Source: Phycisphaerae bacterium (GTDB taxonomy: Bacteria; Planctomycetota; Phycisphaerae; UBA1845). Taken from it: a stretch of DNA of 64,000 nt. Of this stretch, positions 9,362 through 18,698 are shown in pieces. The DNA lies in the NCBI GenBank assembly GCA_029260055.1, contig JAJDDX010000098.1:4962-68961 (forward strand), written 5' to 3'. The notes below the pieces were generated by a model. That model ran no database searches. It had not been told where the DNA came from and saw only the letters and a list, made by a program, of their open reading frames with translations. How positions within the stretch are numbered: position 1 is the stretch's first letter; each line of letters starts with the position of its first letter. Position numbers and translations under genes: made by a program.

Positions 9362-10480
9362 TTATTGAGGTGATGTCGTCGCCGCCGACTCGGCTGCGCT
9401 TAGCACCAGCGACGGTGCGTGATCACCGTCCGGCTTCCGGTGATTGGCTCTGGCGAGGGCGGCCGCTACGTCGCCGGCAAGCCATTGCGACAGCTTCGCG
9501 GCCCCGCCGGGGCCGAGGTGGTCGTGATCGAAGTAGTCGTCATCGCTCAGCAGGCCGTCCGGCGGGCGAACGACGATGGCTCCGGTCTCGGACACGAGGT
9601 CGCGAAGGAACTCCTGGTAGGAAAGATTGTAGCGCGGGTTTGCCGTCGGATCGGCGGCGGACGTGATCGGCAGCTCGATAAGCCGAATCTCGACACCCTC
9701 GCGTCGCAGCATGTCGATCATTCTGCGAGCGGCGATACCGTTGATGTTGTCGATACGGATACGGGCTGGGTCGCGCAGGCGCACGTCGCGCGGTGCGTCG
9801 TGGTCCGCGGGGCTGTCGACACGATCCGCCATCGGCCCGAGCCATTCCGCCCAGCCTTGGTCGTCCACGCGGAGTTCGGTGGGAGACAGAATCGGCGCGC
9901 CGATCACGAGCCGTTTCGCGATGATGCGCACGTCGTTCCACTGATGGTAGCTGCGGAAGGCGGACGCCGTGGCGGTTTCAGCGAGCAGTCTGGCGTCACC
10001 ACGCGAAGCAAGCGGTATGTCGCGCAACTCACCGAACGCACGCAGGCCGCCGCGCAGCCACGTGTACAGGCTCACGTCCGCGGCGCTGGGCGTGACGCCG
10101 ATGTAGGCGATCCTCGGCAGTCGGCCGCTCTCGACCATCCGCCGTGCCAACAAGTATTCAGTCACGTGGCTGGATGCCGACGCGGCGAGGTTCAGTGAGC
10201 GGACGGGCTCTCCCGTCATCCGTGTGGTGCTCGCTTCGACAACACCCGGAGCGATGCCGCACAGTTCGAATGAGCACCCCATAAAGACGACGTCGGGCAC
10301 CCGGTCGATGTCCGCGAGGAGATCCCACTTCCACCTGATCTGGTTCGTGCTGCCGTCGACGTGCGGCAGGCGCACCATAGACAGCACGTAGTCGCCGGCG
10401 AGAAACGTCGAGACGAAGCCCGCGAGCAGCACCGCCAGGTGCCGGCTGTTCGAGCGTGTTGTCGGTTGCCGATTCGCCAT
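9362..10480 (-). CDS. Membrane-anchored SGNH/DltD-like partner of the MBOAT acyltransferase
   Basis: N-terminal TM, VVFMGCS (GDS-like block I), SLNLA, C-terminal YFDHDHL (DxxH); directly downstream of the MBOAT gene. Confidence 0.65.
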   Translation of the reverse strand: MANRQPTTRSNSRHLAVLLAGFVSTFLAGDYVLSMVRLPHVDGSTNQIRWKWDLLADIDRVPDVVFMGCSFELCGIAPGVVEASTTRMTGEPVRSLNLAASASSHVTEYLLARRMVESGRLPRIAYIGVTPSAADVSLYTWLRGGLRAFGELRDIPLASRGDARLLAETATASAFRSYHQWNDVRIIAKRLVIGAPILSPTELRVDDQGWAEWLGPMADRVDSPADHDAPRDVRLRDPARIRIDNINGIAARRMIDMLRREGVEIRLIELPITSAADPTANPRYNLSYQEFLRDLVSETGAIVVRPPDGLLSDDDYFDHDHLGPGGAAKLSQWLAGDVAAALARANHRKPDGDHAPSLVLSAAESAATTSPQ

Positions 10481-10492
10481 CTCGCCTCGCGC

Positions 10493-11890
10493 CTAGAACT
10501 GGAAGTAAATGAACGCCTTGGCGTCCGGGCTGAACAGAAGCAGCGCCCACATGCACACCGCGGCCAGAGTCCCTTGGCCGAACGCGGGCAGCCGGGCGAA
10601 CTTCTCGCCCAGCGTTCGCGTGAAGGGCCACGCGTGAGCCGCCATGCACAGCAGTACGATCGCCGCACATCGCAGTCCGCGAACGTGTCCACTCGAGAAG
10701 TCGACAAGATTCGCCGCCATCGCCTGGGCTGTGTCCCAATCCGGGGCGCGGAACAGCAGCCACCCGACGCAGCTCAGATGGAACATAGAGACTATGCAAA
10801 GCATGCGGTATCCGAAGGATTCACATTCGAACTCGGCCCGCGACCGACGTGAGCCGAACAGTCGCTCAGCCGTCAGCAGAATGCCGTGGTAGACGCCCCA
10901 GGCGACGAACGTCCACGCGGCCCCATGCCAAAGCCCGCCGAGGCCCATCGTGATGAACAGGTTTCGGATGGTCCGTCTGGCACCGCGCTGTGACCCGCCG
11001 AGCGGAATGTAGAGGTAGTCGCGGAGCCAGGTGGACAGCGTGATGTGCCACCGTCGCCAGAAATCCGATGGCGAGTGAGCGAGATAGGGGCTGTCGAAGT
11101 TCTCGGTCAGCTTCAACCCCAATAGCCGCCCCGTTCCGATCGCGACATCGGTATAGCCGGAGAAGTCCATATAGATCTGGAATGCGTAGGCGTACAGGGC
11201 GATCCACGAGGACAGGCCGGGATAGCCGCTGGGCGAGGCGAAAACCGCGTCCACGTAGAGTGCCAGGGCGTCGGCAACCACCATTTTCTTGAACAGACCG
11301 CGGAAGATGCGGTAGACCCCGGCTGATATGTCCACGTCTCTGAATGTTTGCTCTTTCGTGAGTTGCGGCAGAAAGTCGCGGGCGCGCATGATCGGCCCCG
11401 CGACGAGCTGCGGGAAGCAGGCCACGAAGATGGCGAAGTGCAGCAGGCTGCGTTCCGGCTTCGTGCCGCGGTAGACGTCGATCGTGTAGGACATCGTCTG
11501 GAACGTGTAGAACGAGATGCCCATCGGCAGGATGATCTGCAGCGTGGGCATGTCGACCTGCAAGCCGAGGGCCGTAGCCGTTGCCGCGAACGAGTCTCTA
11601 AAGAAATTGAAATACTTGAAAGTCGCCAAGACGCCGAGGTTCGTCGCCACGCTCGCGACGAGGAACTTCCCCGACCCGCCGGACCCGCGCCGACGGTCGA
11701 TTGCCCGCGCGCAACTGAAGTCGACGACGGTGCTGAGCAGGAGGAGGCTCAGGAAACGCCAGTCCCACGCCGCATAGAAGAGGTAGCTGCCCAGCAGGAG
11801 CGCCCACTTGCGAGATCGCCCTCGCAGCACCCAATACGCCGCCAGCATGACGGGAAGGAAGACGGCGAAGGCTGGACTGTTGAACAGCAT
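10493..11890 (-). CDS. MBOAT family O-acyltransferase (AlgI/DltB-like)
   Basis: MLFNS, LPMGISFYTFQ, FPQLVAGPI, QIYMDFSGYTD, FWRRWHITLSTWLRDYLYIPLGG, GLWHGA, FIYFQF. Confidence 0.95.
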   Translation of the reverse strand: MLFNSPAFAVFLPVMLAAYWVLRGRSRKWALLLGSYLFYAAWDWRFLSLLLLSTVVDFSCARAIDRRRGSGGSGKFLVASVATNLGVLATFKYFNFFRDSFAATATALGLQVDMPTLQIILPMGISFYTFQTMSYTIDVYRGTKPERSLLHFAIFVACFPQLVAGPIMRARDFLPQLTKEQTFRDVDISAGVYRIFRGLFKKMVVADALALYVDAVFASPSGYPGLSSWIALYAYAFQIYMDFSGYTDVAIGTGRLLGLKLTENFDSPYLAHSPSDFWRRWHITLSTWLRDYLYIPLGGSQRGARRTIRNLFITMGLGGLWHGAAWTFVAWGVYHGILLTAERLFGSRRSRAEFECESFGYRMLCIVSMFHLSCVGWLLFRAPDWDTAQAMAANLVDFSSGHVRGLRCAAIVLLCMAAHAWPFTRTLGEKFARLPAFGQGTLAAVCMWALLLFSPDAKAFIYFQF

Positions 11891-12108
11891 GTGGGTTCTA
11901 CCAACGCTCTCGGCGCGGGTCAGAGCTTCGCTTCAGCCCGCTCGGGGCGTACATTCGGCGTTTCCGGGACGACTCGGCCCGGCGTACGTGTTTTTATCGG
12001 TAGTTCAGGGGTGTGAGTGTGGTTCGCCCCGCCGTGCGGCATTTCAGCCACGGCAGGCGCCGGCGGGTGGCTGGCAGTTTCGGTCGACGGTATGATTTCG
12101 CTCCAGTC

Positions 12109-12990
12109 ATGGTAATCACGGGCGATACCTGCGAATCACGGACGGGATCGAAGGCCGACGCCGACGAAGTCCCCAGCCGTGCCCCGGCGGCCCCGGACAG
12201 GGGTCTGCGCGCGGGCGATGAGCGCTCCGGCCGGGCTACAAACCCTAATCCCGGCACGCTTGACGCGGTGCTGTTCGATCTGGGTGATACGCTGATTCAC
12301 TTCGAGACTTCGAGTCCGACGGTTCTGCTGAATACGACGTGCCGAGCGGGGCACGCCCGCCTGACCGAACTCGGGTTGAATCCGCCGCCGATATCGGCCT
12401 ACCTTCGTGCCCTCACGCTGGGGTTTTTCAAGGCATGGCTCGCCTCTCGGCTTTCGCGGCGGGAAATGAACATCATCAATCCGCTGGCGAAGTTCCACGC
12501 CCGCAAAGGCGTGGAGATTTCCGAGGCGCAGTTCCTCGAGGTCATCAAGTCGACGCTCATTCCCGCGATGAAGCGCCACACCACCGTCGATCCCGAGGCG
12601 AAGGAGCTTCTCGACAGGCTGCGCGACGACGGCGTGAAGATGGGTCTGGTCTCGAATACGCCGTTTCCCGACGTGGCCATCGACGCCTATCTCGAGACTG
12701 CGGGGTTGCTTGACTACTTCCCGGTGCGGGTCTATTCGTCCGACGTGGGGTTCATGAAGCCCCACCCTCGGATTTTTGAGATTGCCCTCGAGCGCATGGG
12801 CGTTGAGGCGGGGCGCTCGCTGTACGTCGGCGACCGGGTGGACAAGGACATTCGCGGCGCGTCGCGGGCGGGGATGGAGACGGTCCTGTTCGTCCACGAC
12901 ACAACCACTTTCCGCGGGCGTGCCACGCCCGATCATCGAATCCATGCCCTTTCCGATCTGGTGGAGATTGTGCGGCAGCGGATCGCCTGA
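12109..12990 (+). CDS. HAD-superfamily hydrolase
   Basis: AVLFDLGDTL, LVSN, MKPHPRIF, YVGDRVDKDIRGA. Start position uncertain. Confidence 0.88.
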   Translation: MVITGDTCESRTGSKADADEVPSRAPAAPDRGLRAGDERSGRATNPNPGTLDAVLFDLGDTLIHFETSSPTVLLNTTCRAGHARLTELGLNPPPISAYLRALTLGFFKAWLASRLSRREMNIINPLAKFHARKGVEISEAQFLEVIKSTLIPAMKRHTTVDPEAKELLDRLRDDGVKMGLVSNTPFPDVAIDAYLETAGLLDYFPVRVYSSDVGFMKPHPRIFEIALERMGVEAGRSLYVGDRVDKDIRGASRAGMETVLFVHDTTTFRGRATPDHRIHALSDLVEIVRQRIA

Positions 12991-13631
12991 TGCATCCCGA
13001 CCTGGTTCCCAATCGACTGCTGGCTGCCTACGCGGTCGGCATCTTCCCCATGGCCGACGAGACCGGCGAGCTTCGCTGGCTCGCGCCCGATCCGCGGGCG
13101 ATCATCGAGCTGGACGGGTTCAAGACCACGCGGTCCCTTCGCGCCGTGGTTCGAAGAGGAGTCTACACCGTCAGTGTGGATCGGGCGTTTAGGGACGTGA
13201 TCAAGGCCTGCGCGGATCGCCCGGAAGGCACTTGGATATCCCAAGAGGTCCTCGAGGCCTACTGCGAGTTGCACCGGCTCGGATTCGCTCATAGCGTGGA
13301 GGCCTGGAAAGCCGATGCGCTGGCCGGCGGATTGTACGGCGTGTCGATCGGCGGCGCGTTTTTCGGCGAATCGATGTTCCACCTTTTGGCCGATGCCTCG
13401 AAGGTGGCGACGGTACATCTGGTCGAGCACATGGTCAGCCGCGGTTTCGAACTGCTCGATGTGCAGTTTCTGACGGATCACTTGCTGAGGTTCGGCGCGA
13501 CGGAAATCCCGCGGACTCAGTACGAGCGACGACTCGCGGACGCCATTCGGCTTGACCGCTCATTCGTCGATCGCCCGGATGACGATAGCGAAGAACGTCC
13601 ACGGAGCGGACATGAGCCCCGCGACGACTGA
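12990..13631 (+). CDS. aat: Leucyl/phenylalanyl-tRNA--protein transferase
   Basis: AYAVGIFPM, PDPRAII, GTWI, AHSVEAW, GGLYGVSIGGAFFGESMF, DASKVA. Confidence 0.96.
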   Translation: MHPDLVPNRLLAAYAVGIFPMADETGELRWLAPDPRAIIELDGFKTTRSLRAVVRRGVYTVSVDRAFRDVIKACADRPEGTWISQEVLEAYCELHRLGFAHSVEAWKADALAGGLYGVSIGGAFFGESMFHLLADASKVATVHLVEHMVSRGFELLDVQFLTDHLLRFGATEIPRTQYERRLADAIRLDRSFVDRPDDDSEERPRSGHEPRDD

Positions 13632-15543
13632 CAAACCCACGCCGGCGGTCGGGAACGAGCTGTTCCTGCACAACATGCGAGCCCTGTGGCGGCATGACCC
13701 GGTCACCGCACTGCGCGTCGACGCCGTGCCGGACGAAGGTCGTTTGCCGCTCGAAGAAACACGGTCCGGAGCGTGGACCGTGAAAGCCCCTTCAGCCGAT
13801 GGCGGCTCCGTCTATCTGCACAGCCGATATGACCCCGCAAAAGAGGCGGACCGCTTCGTCGAGGCGATACCGCTCGACGAGAAGTACTGCTTCGTCGTGG
13901 CCGGCCTCGGCCTCGGCTACCACATCCGAGCCCTGTTCGAGCGTCTGCTCGGGGACGCGATGATCGTCTGTCTCGAGCCGTCGATCCCGCTGATCGCCAC
14001 GGCGCTGACCTGCGTCGACCTGTCCGATGTGATTGCATCCGACCGGTTCATCATTCTGATCGACGACGACAAGGGCCGGATTCACGAATGTCTTCGCCCG
14101 CGAAGCACGCTGATGATGCTCGGCACGCGCTTCGTCAGCCATCCGCCGTCGGTGCGTACCTCCCAGGCAGAGCACGAGAAGATCAACGATGCCATCTCGG
14201 AGTTCGTGACCTACACACGGATGTCCCTGCTGACCCTGGTCTCCAACTCGCGGATTACCTGCAAGAACATCGCGAACAACCTTGTCACCTATGCCGCGAC
14301 GCCGCCGATCGACCTGCTGCGGGATCGGTTCCGGGGCAACCCAGCCGTCGTCGTCTCGGCCGGGCCGTCGTTGTCACGCAACCTGGACGGCCTCAAGGCC
14401 ATGCGCGGCAAGGCGGTGGTGTGCGCCGTGCAGACGGCCATCAAGCCGCTCATCAAACACGGGATCGTGCCAGACTTCGTGACGAGTCTCGATTACCACG
14501 AAATGTCTCAGAAGTTCTTCGAGGAGGTCGAGGGTCTCGAGGGTGTTCACCTTGTGGCTGAACCCAAAGCGACGTGGCACGTCGTCGACAACTATCCGGG
14601 CCCGGTATCGCTGCTCGACAACGCCTGGGCGCGCCTCGTCATCGGTGAGAAGCTCGGTGCGCGGGACGGAGTCAAGGCCGGCGCGACCGTCGCCCACCTC
14701 GCCTTCTACCTCGCCGTCTATATGGGTTGTGATCCGATCATCTTCGTCGGACAAGACCTCGGCTTCACAGGACATGTGTACTACGTGCCCGGCGTGGAGA
14801 TCCACCAGGCGTGGCGAGCCGAACTCAACCGGTTTCAGTCGATCGAACAGAAGGAATGGGAGCGGATCGTGAGGGCTCGCCCGATCCTGCGGCGGGTCCC
14901 GGCGGCCGGCGGCGGCGAAATCTACAGCGACGAACTACTGCTTACCTATCTGGAGCAGTTCGAGAAAGACATCGCCGAGGCGCCCGCGCGGGTGATCAAT
15001 GCCACGGAGGGCGGCGCGCGCATCCGCGGCACGGAGGACATGTCGCTGGCCGAAGCCGCGGCGCGATTCGCGTCGGAGCCGATCGATCCGGAGCGACTCC
15101 GATACCGACGGACGACCGACTGGCACGATCCATCCCGTCTGAAGGATGTGGCGTCGCAGCTCGAATCGCGGATCGAGGAGCTTGATGATGTCGTCACGGT
15201 GTGCGACGAGATGTTGGCACTCCTTGCGGAGCTCGATGAGCTGACGCACGATCCGGATCGCTTCAACAAGAGGCTCGTTCGCGTGGACGAGCTTCGGGTG
15301 CGCGTGTCGCAGGAAAGCCGTCCGTTCCAGATCGTCAACGCCGCCACACAATTGGCTGAGTTCCGCCGCTTCTCGGCCGATCGCAAGATCAGCGCCGGAC
15401 AAAAGAGCGAGGCCCAGCGAGCCAAGGCCCAGATCGCGCGGGACATCGAGTTCGTCACGTCCGTCCGCGAGGGTACGAACGAGGTCAGACCCATTCTGTC
15501 CGAGGCGCTCGAGCGGATTGAGCGAGCGGTGAAGAAGGCATGA
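13612..15543 (+). CDS. Motility-associated factor (Maf/DUF115, MptE-like domain) glycosyltransferase-like protein
   Basis: YLHSRYDPAKEA, GLGLGYH, VVSAGPSL, PDFVTSLD, GATVAH, MGCDPIIFVGQDLGF, INATEGGA. Confidence 0.85.
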   Translation: MSPATTDKPTPAVGNELFLHNMRALWRHDPVTALRVDAVPDEGRLPLEETRSGAWTVKAPSADGGSVYLHSRYDPAKEADRFVEAIPLDEKYCFVVAGLGLGYHIRALFERLLGDAMIVCLEPSIPLIATALTCVDLSDVIASDRFIILIDDDKGRIHECLRPRSTLMMLGTRFVSHPPSVRTSQAEHEKINDAISEFVTYTRMSLLTLVSNSRITCKNIANNLVTYAATPPIDLLRDRFRGNPAVVVSAGPSLSRNLDGLKAMRGKAVVCAVQTAIKPLIKHGIVPDFVTSLDYHEMSQKFFEEVEGLEGVHLVAEPKATWHVVDNYPGPVSLLDNAWARLVIGEKLGARDGVKAGATVAHLAFYLAVYMGCDPIIFVGQDLGFTGHVYYVPGVEIHQAWRAELNRFQSIEQKEWERIVRARPILRRVPAAGGGEIYSDELLLTYLEQFEKDIAEAPARVINATEGGARIRGTEDMSLAEAAARFASEPIDPERLRYRRTTDWHDPSRLKDVASQLESRIEELDDVVTVCDEMLALLAELDELTHDPDRFNKRLVRVDELRVRVSQESRPFQIVNAATQLAEFRRFSADRKISAGQKSEAQRAKAQIARDIEFVTSVREGTNEVRPILSEALERIERAVKKA

Positions 15544-17192
15544 AGATCGTCGCAGTCATCAACGCCGACCTGGAGACCACGCCGCTCGGCACGCGCAGCC
15601 GCCTTGCCGACGAGCTTGGCGGCGTGCCCGTCCTGCGCCGCACGGTTCAGCGCGTGGCCCGCGCGACGCTCCTCGACGAGGTCTACGTGCTGTGCCCGAC
15701 GACGCAGTACGAGCGGTGTGCCGCCATGCTGCAAGGCACGACCGCACGCATCGAGCGGTACAACCCTGTGACTGCGCCCTGGGCGCAGCTCGTGCGGACC
15801 GCCAGGAAATGGTCCCTCGACGCGTGGCGGGGCGGTGTCGGCGGCACGACACACTTCGATGAATTCACCGACTGCGGTCTTATCGGAGGCCTCCTTCGGA
15901 CGCGACCCGCCGACGCAGTGCTTTCGATTCCGCCGGCTGCGGCCGCTATCGATCCGGAACTCATCGACGGCATGATTCGACACCGTCACGAGATCGCGGA
16001 GGGCACGCGTCTGGTGTTCACCCAGGCACCACCCGGTGTTACGGGAATTCTGCTCGACGCCTCGCTCGTGCATGAACTGGCGGACAAGGCGACGCCGGTC
16101 GGATGGGTATTGAGCTACAAACCGGACGCACCACAGAAAGACCTGACGACGCTGCCTTGCTGCTGCGAGATTCCGCCTGAGGTTCGTTACGCCGCTGGAA
16201 GGCTCGTGGCGGACACGGATCGAGGCACGGCGATTCTTGCGGCGTTGTTGAAGGAACAGCCGGAACCCGACGCCGTCGATGCGTGCCGATGGCTCACCGC
16301 TTACGAGGCGGAGATCTGCGAACCTCTGCCGCGCGAAGTCGAGATCGAGTTGACCACGGACGACCCCTACCCGCGTACGTTGGCCAGGCCGAGGGGGCTG
16401 TGGCCGCAGCCGAGGGGTCCCATCGCACCGGAGGTTGTCGGGCGCATCGCGGCCGAGTTGTCGCGTCTTGACGATTCGCTGATGGTGCTCGGCGGCTTTG
16501 GTGATGCGCTTCGCCATCCAAACTTCGCCGCTGTGCTGCGCGGCATACGAGAGGCTCCGTCGCCGGGCGTATGCGGCCTGGCGGTGCGCACGGCGGCCGT
16601 TGATCTGACCGACGAGCACACCGACGCGATGATCGAATGCGGTGTCGACATTCTGCAAGCAACGCTCGACGCCTGGACGGCACAGACCTACTGCCTTATT
16701 CAGTCGCCACACGACCCGTCAGCCGCCGACCTGGACGCCGTCATCGATCGGCTCAGTCGACTGGCGTCGCGCCGACAGGACCGCACCCGCGTCAATCCGA
16801 TCGTCGTGCCCGACATGACGAAGATCAAACAGAACGTCCAGGAACTCGACGACTTCCACGACGGCTGGCTGCGCAAGCTGGGCGCGGTCTCTATCACCGG
16901 TGCCTCGCATCACGCGGGGCAGACCGACGACCTCAGTGTCATACCCATGGCGCCCACCGCGCGGGTCGCGTGCCGGCGCCTGCGGAGTCGATGTGTGGTG
17001 CTGGCCGACGGACGCGTGCTGCTGTGCGATCAGGACCTTCACGGCCGCCACGCGATCGGCAACCTCGCCGACGCGTCACTCGAAGATCTGTGGCAATCGG
17101 CTGAGTGCCGGCGCGTCCGGCAAGCCCACCGCGAAGGCTGTTTCGACCCCACCTCGCTGTGCGCGGCCTGCGACGACTGGCATCGTCCGTGA
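15540..17192 (+). CDS. Cytidylyltransferase-like N-domain + degenerate radical SAM + SPASM domain protein (spiro-SPASM-like architecture)
   Basis: N-terminal MKIVAVI..SRLADELGGVPVLRRTVQRV (SpsF/NeuA-like); EVEIELTTDD without CxxxCxxC; C-terminal CRRL..VLADGRVLLCDQD..IGNL..CAAC. Confidence 0.75.
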   Translation: MKIVAVINADLETTPLGTRSRLADELGGVPVLRRTVQRVARATLLDEVYVLCPTTQYERCAAMLQGTTARIERYNPVTAPWAQLVRTARKWSLDAWRGGVGGTTHFDEFTDCGLIGGLLRTRPADAVLSIPPAAAAIDPELIDGMIRHRHEIAEGTRLVFTQAPPGVTGILLDASLVHELADKATPVGWVLSYKPDAPQKDLTTLPCCCEIPPEVRYAAGRLVADTDRGTAILAALLKEQPEPDAVDACRWLTAYEAEICEPLPREVEIELTTDDPYPRTLARPRGLWPQPRGPIAPEVVGRIAAELSRLDDSLMVLGGFGDALRHPNFAAVLRGIREAPSPGVCGLAVRTAAVDLTDEHTDAMIECGVDILQATLDAWTAQTYCLIQSPHDPSAADLDAVIDRLSRLASRRQDRTRVNPIVVPDMTKIKQNVQELDDFHDGWLRKLGAVSITGASHHAGQTDDLSVIPMAPTARVACRRLRSRCVVLADGRVLLCDQDLHGRHAIGNLADASLEDLWQSAECRRVRQAHREGCFDPTSLCAACDDWHRP

Positions 17193-17207
17193 CCCATCCG
17201 ATTGAGC

Positions 17208-18110
17208 TCAGGGAGCGTCCGGCTGTCCTGTATCGGCCGGGGTATCGTCGGTGCTGCGTGCCGGCGCGGCGAGCCACGCCTCAACCTCGGCGCTGGGCAG
17301 CAGATCGAGCTTACCGCCGGTCCGCATGACGAGGCGGTGCGGCGCGTCCAACTGCTCGCTGTCCTCGTTGAAATGTACGGGCTCGGAGATCAGAAGTGCC
17401 CAATCCGTTGACAGTCGTTGCTCGGCCGGCGGTGGCCGGTAGGTGATATGCTCGGGCAAGGTGAACCCTGCGGGCAGGTAGCGCCCGGCCAGGCCGTCTA
17501 CCGACGTGGGCCATTCCTTGTAATCCCGGCGGTGGCGTGACGCGGCCTTGTAGATCTGCCGAATGCTCTCTTTCCACTCGTCGGTCTGATGCCATCGTGC
17601 GAAGTCGCCGTCCGGGTCTTGTCCTGCGGAGGTGTAGCGCATCGAGCCGACCGTGACCGTGGTCGTGCCGGGCAGGGTGCCCGTCCACGTGCCGAGGTAG
17701 TTGAACAGCAGCCACCAGCCCGGAAGTGCCACAAGACAGAAACACAGACCGATCCAGGCCAAGCCCCGTCGCTCGTGGGGCCGCCGTCGGCGAAGCAGTG
17801 CGACCCCGGCTGCCACGAGCCCCACGGCCTGGGTGAGAAACGGCACGAAGAAGAGCAGCCCGGCGATGAACGCGACGATAGCCGAGGCCGGCACTCGCTG
17901 GGGCTCAGCCTCCACGGGACTCGCGGAATCCGTCGCCAGCATCCATGGCTCACCGTGCTGTTGTGCCGCTACGGGTGGGGTCGGCGCGGGAGGCGGTGGT
18001 GCCGGTGGCTGCGTCGGCGTCGTGACGGTGACGCCGCAGTTGGCGCAGGTGCCAGGGCCGCTTTCCGGCAACTCGACCACGTGGCGGCAGCTCGGGCAGG
18101 TCGTGGACAT
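17208..18110 (-). CDS. Zinc-ribbon/Pro-rich/DUF4190-like membrane protein
   Basis: CPSC..CANC, Pro-rich linker, two TM helices (ASAIVAFIAGLL..GLAWIG). Confidence 0.6.
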   Translation of the reverse strand: MSTTCPSCRHVVELPESGPGTCANCGVTVTTPTQPPAPPPPAPTPPVAAQQHGEPWMLATDSASPVEAEPQRVPASAIVAFIAGLLFFVPFLTQAVGLVAAGVALLRRRRPHERRGLAWIGLCFCLVALPGWWLLFNYLGTWTGTLPGTTTVTVGSMRYTSAGQDPDGDFARWHQTDEWKESIRQIYKAASRHRRDYKEWPTSVDGLAGRYLPAGFTLPEHITYRPPPAEQRLSTDWALLISEPVHFNEDSEQLDAPHRLVMRTGGKLDLLPSAEVEAWLAAPARSTDDTPADTGQPDAP

Positions 18111-18449
18111 GGGGCGACGTGTACACGAAATACGGCTTCAATGTAAGAGCGCGGCCGCCCCGGATGACGTGGTTCAAAGGGGGCCATCGGCGGGCGTGAA
18201 AATGGAAGGACGGCGGCACAGGTGCGGTCGGGGTGCAAGGAGGAACACCTGCACCACCGCCCTCCGACAAAGAACATACACCAAAGCTTCATCCGCGCCT
18301 GTCAGGGATAACCCCGGTTCATTTGAACTTTTTTTCGTCCGTTTCTCCCCGATCTGCTATCACCTCAGAGCGGCTTCTGTCACTACCAGGCAGCCCGTAG
18401 GCCGCCTACGGGGCTCGGTATGCGTTCGGGTTCAAATCGATGACCGTTC

Positions 18450-18458
18450 TGGTATGAT
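18450..18458 (+). promoter_or_regulatory. Extended -10 promoter element for SRP RNA/dnaX
   Basis: TGgTATGAT immediately upstream of the structured RNA. Confidence 0.4.
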
Positions 18459-18463
18459 CCCTC

Positions 18464-18640
18464 GCTGGAGGGTCGCCGCTCCGGCCTGGGGCCGGTACGG
18501 ACGCCTCTGGGGGCCGTCAGTGACGGCCAGGTCCCATGCAGTGGGTGTTGCAGGCAACGGGTCAGGCTGGAAACAGAGCAGCCCACCTGTTTCATTCAGG
18601 TGCCGTGGATCGCCTGGCCGTCACTGACGGCCTCCGGGGC
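18464..18640 (+). ncRNA. ffs: Signal recognition particle RNA
   Basis: Helix-8 motif GGGTCAGG-CTG-GAAA-CAG-AGCAG-CCC (18559-18584) at the tip of a long stem (18503-18531 pairing with 18613-18640); classic position upstream of dnaX-ybaB-recR. Ends approximate. Confidence 0.88.
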
Positions 18641-18698
18641 CAATGTCCCGGGTCCGTGCGGAGGGGGCTCGGCGAGCAAGGCGGGAGTATCGGTCGGC

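Noticed and set aside
14946-16712. 588-aa minus-strand ORF and other long overlapping ORFs (e.g. 1791-3089, 34658-36196, 62428-63798)
   Set aside because: Shadow ORFs opposite well-supported genes, expected at high GC; no recognisable motifs.
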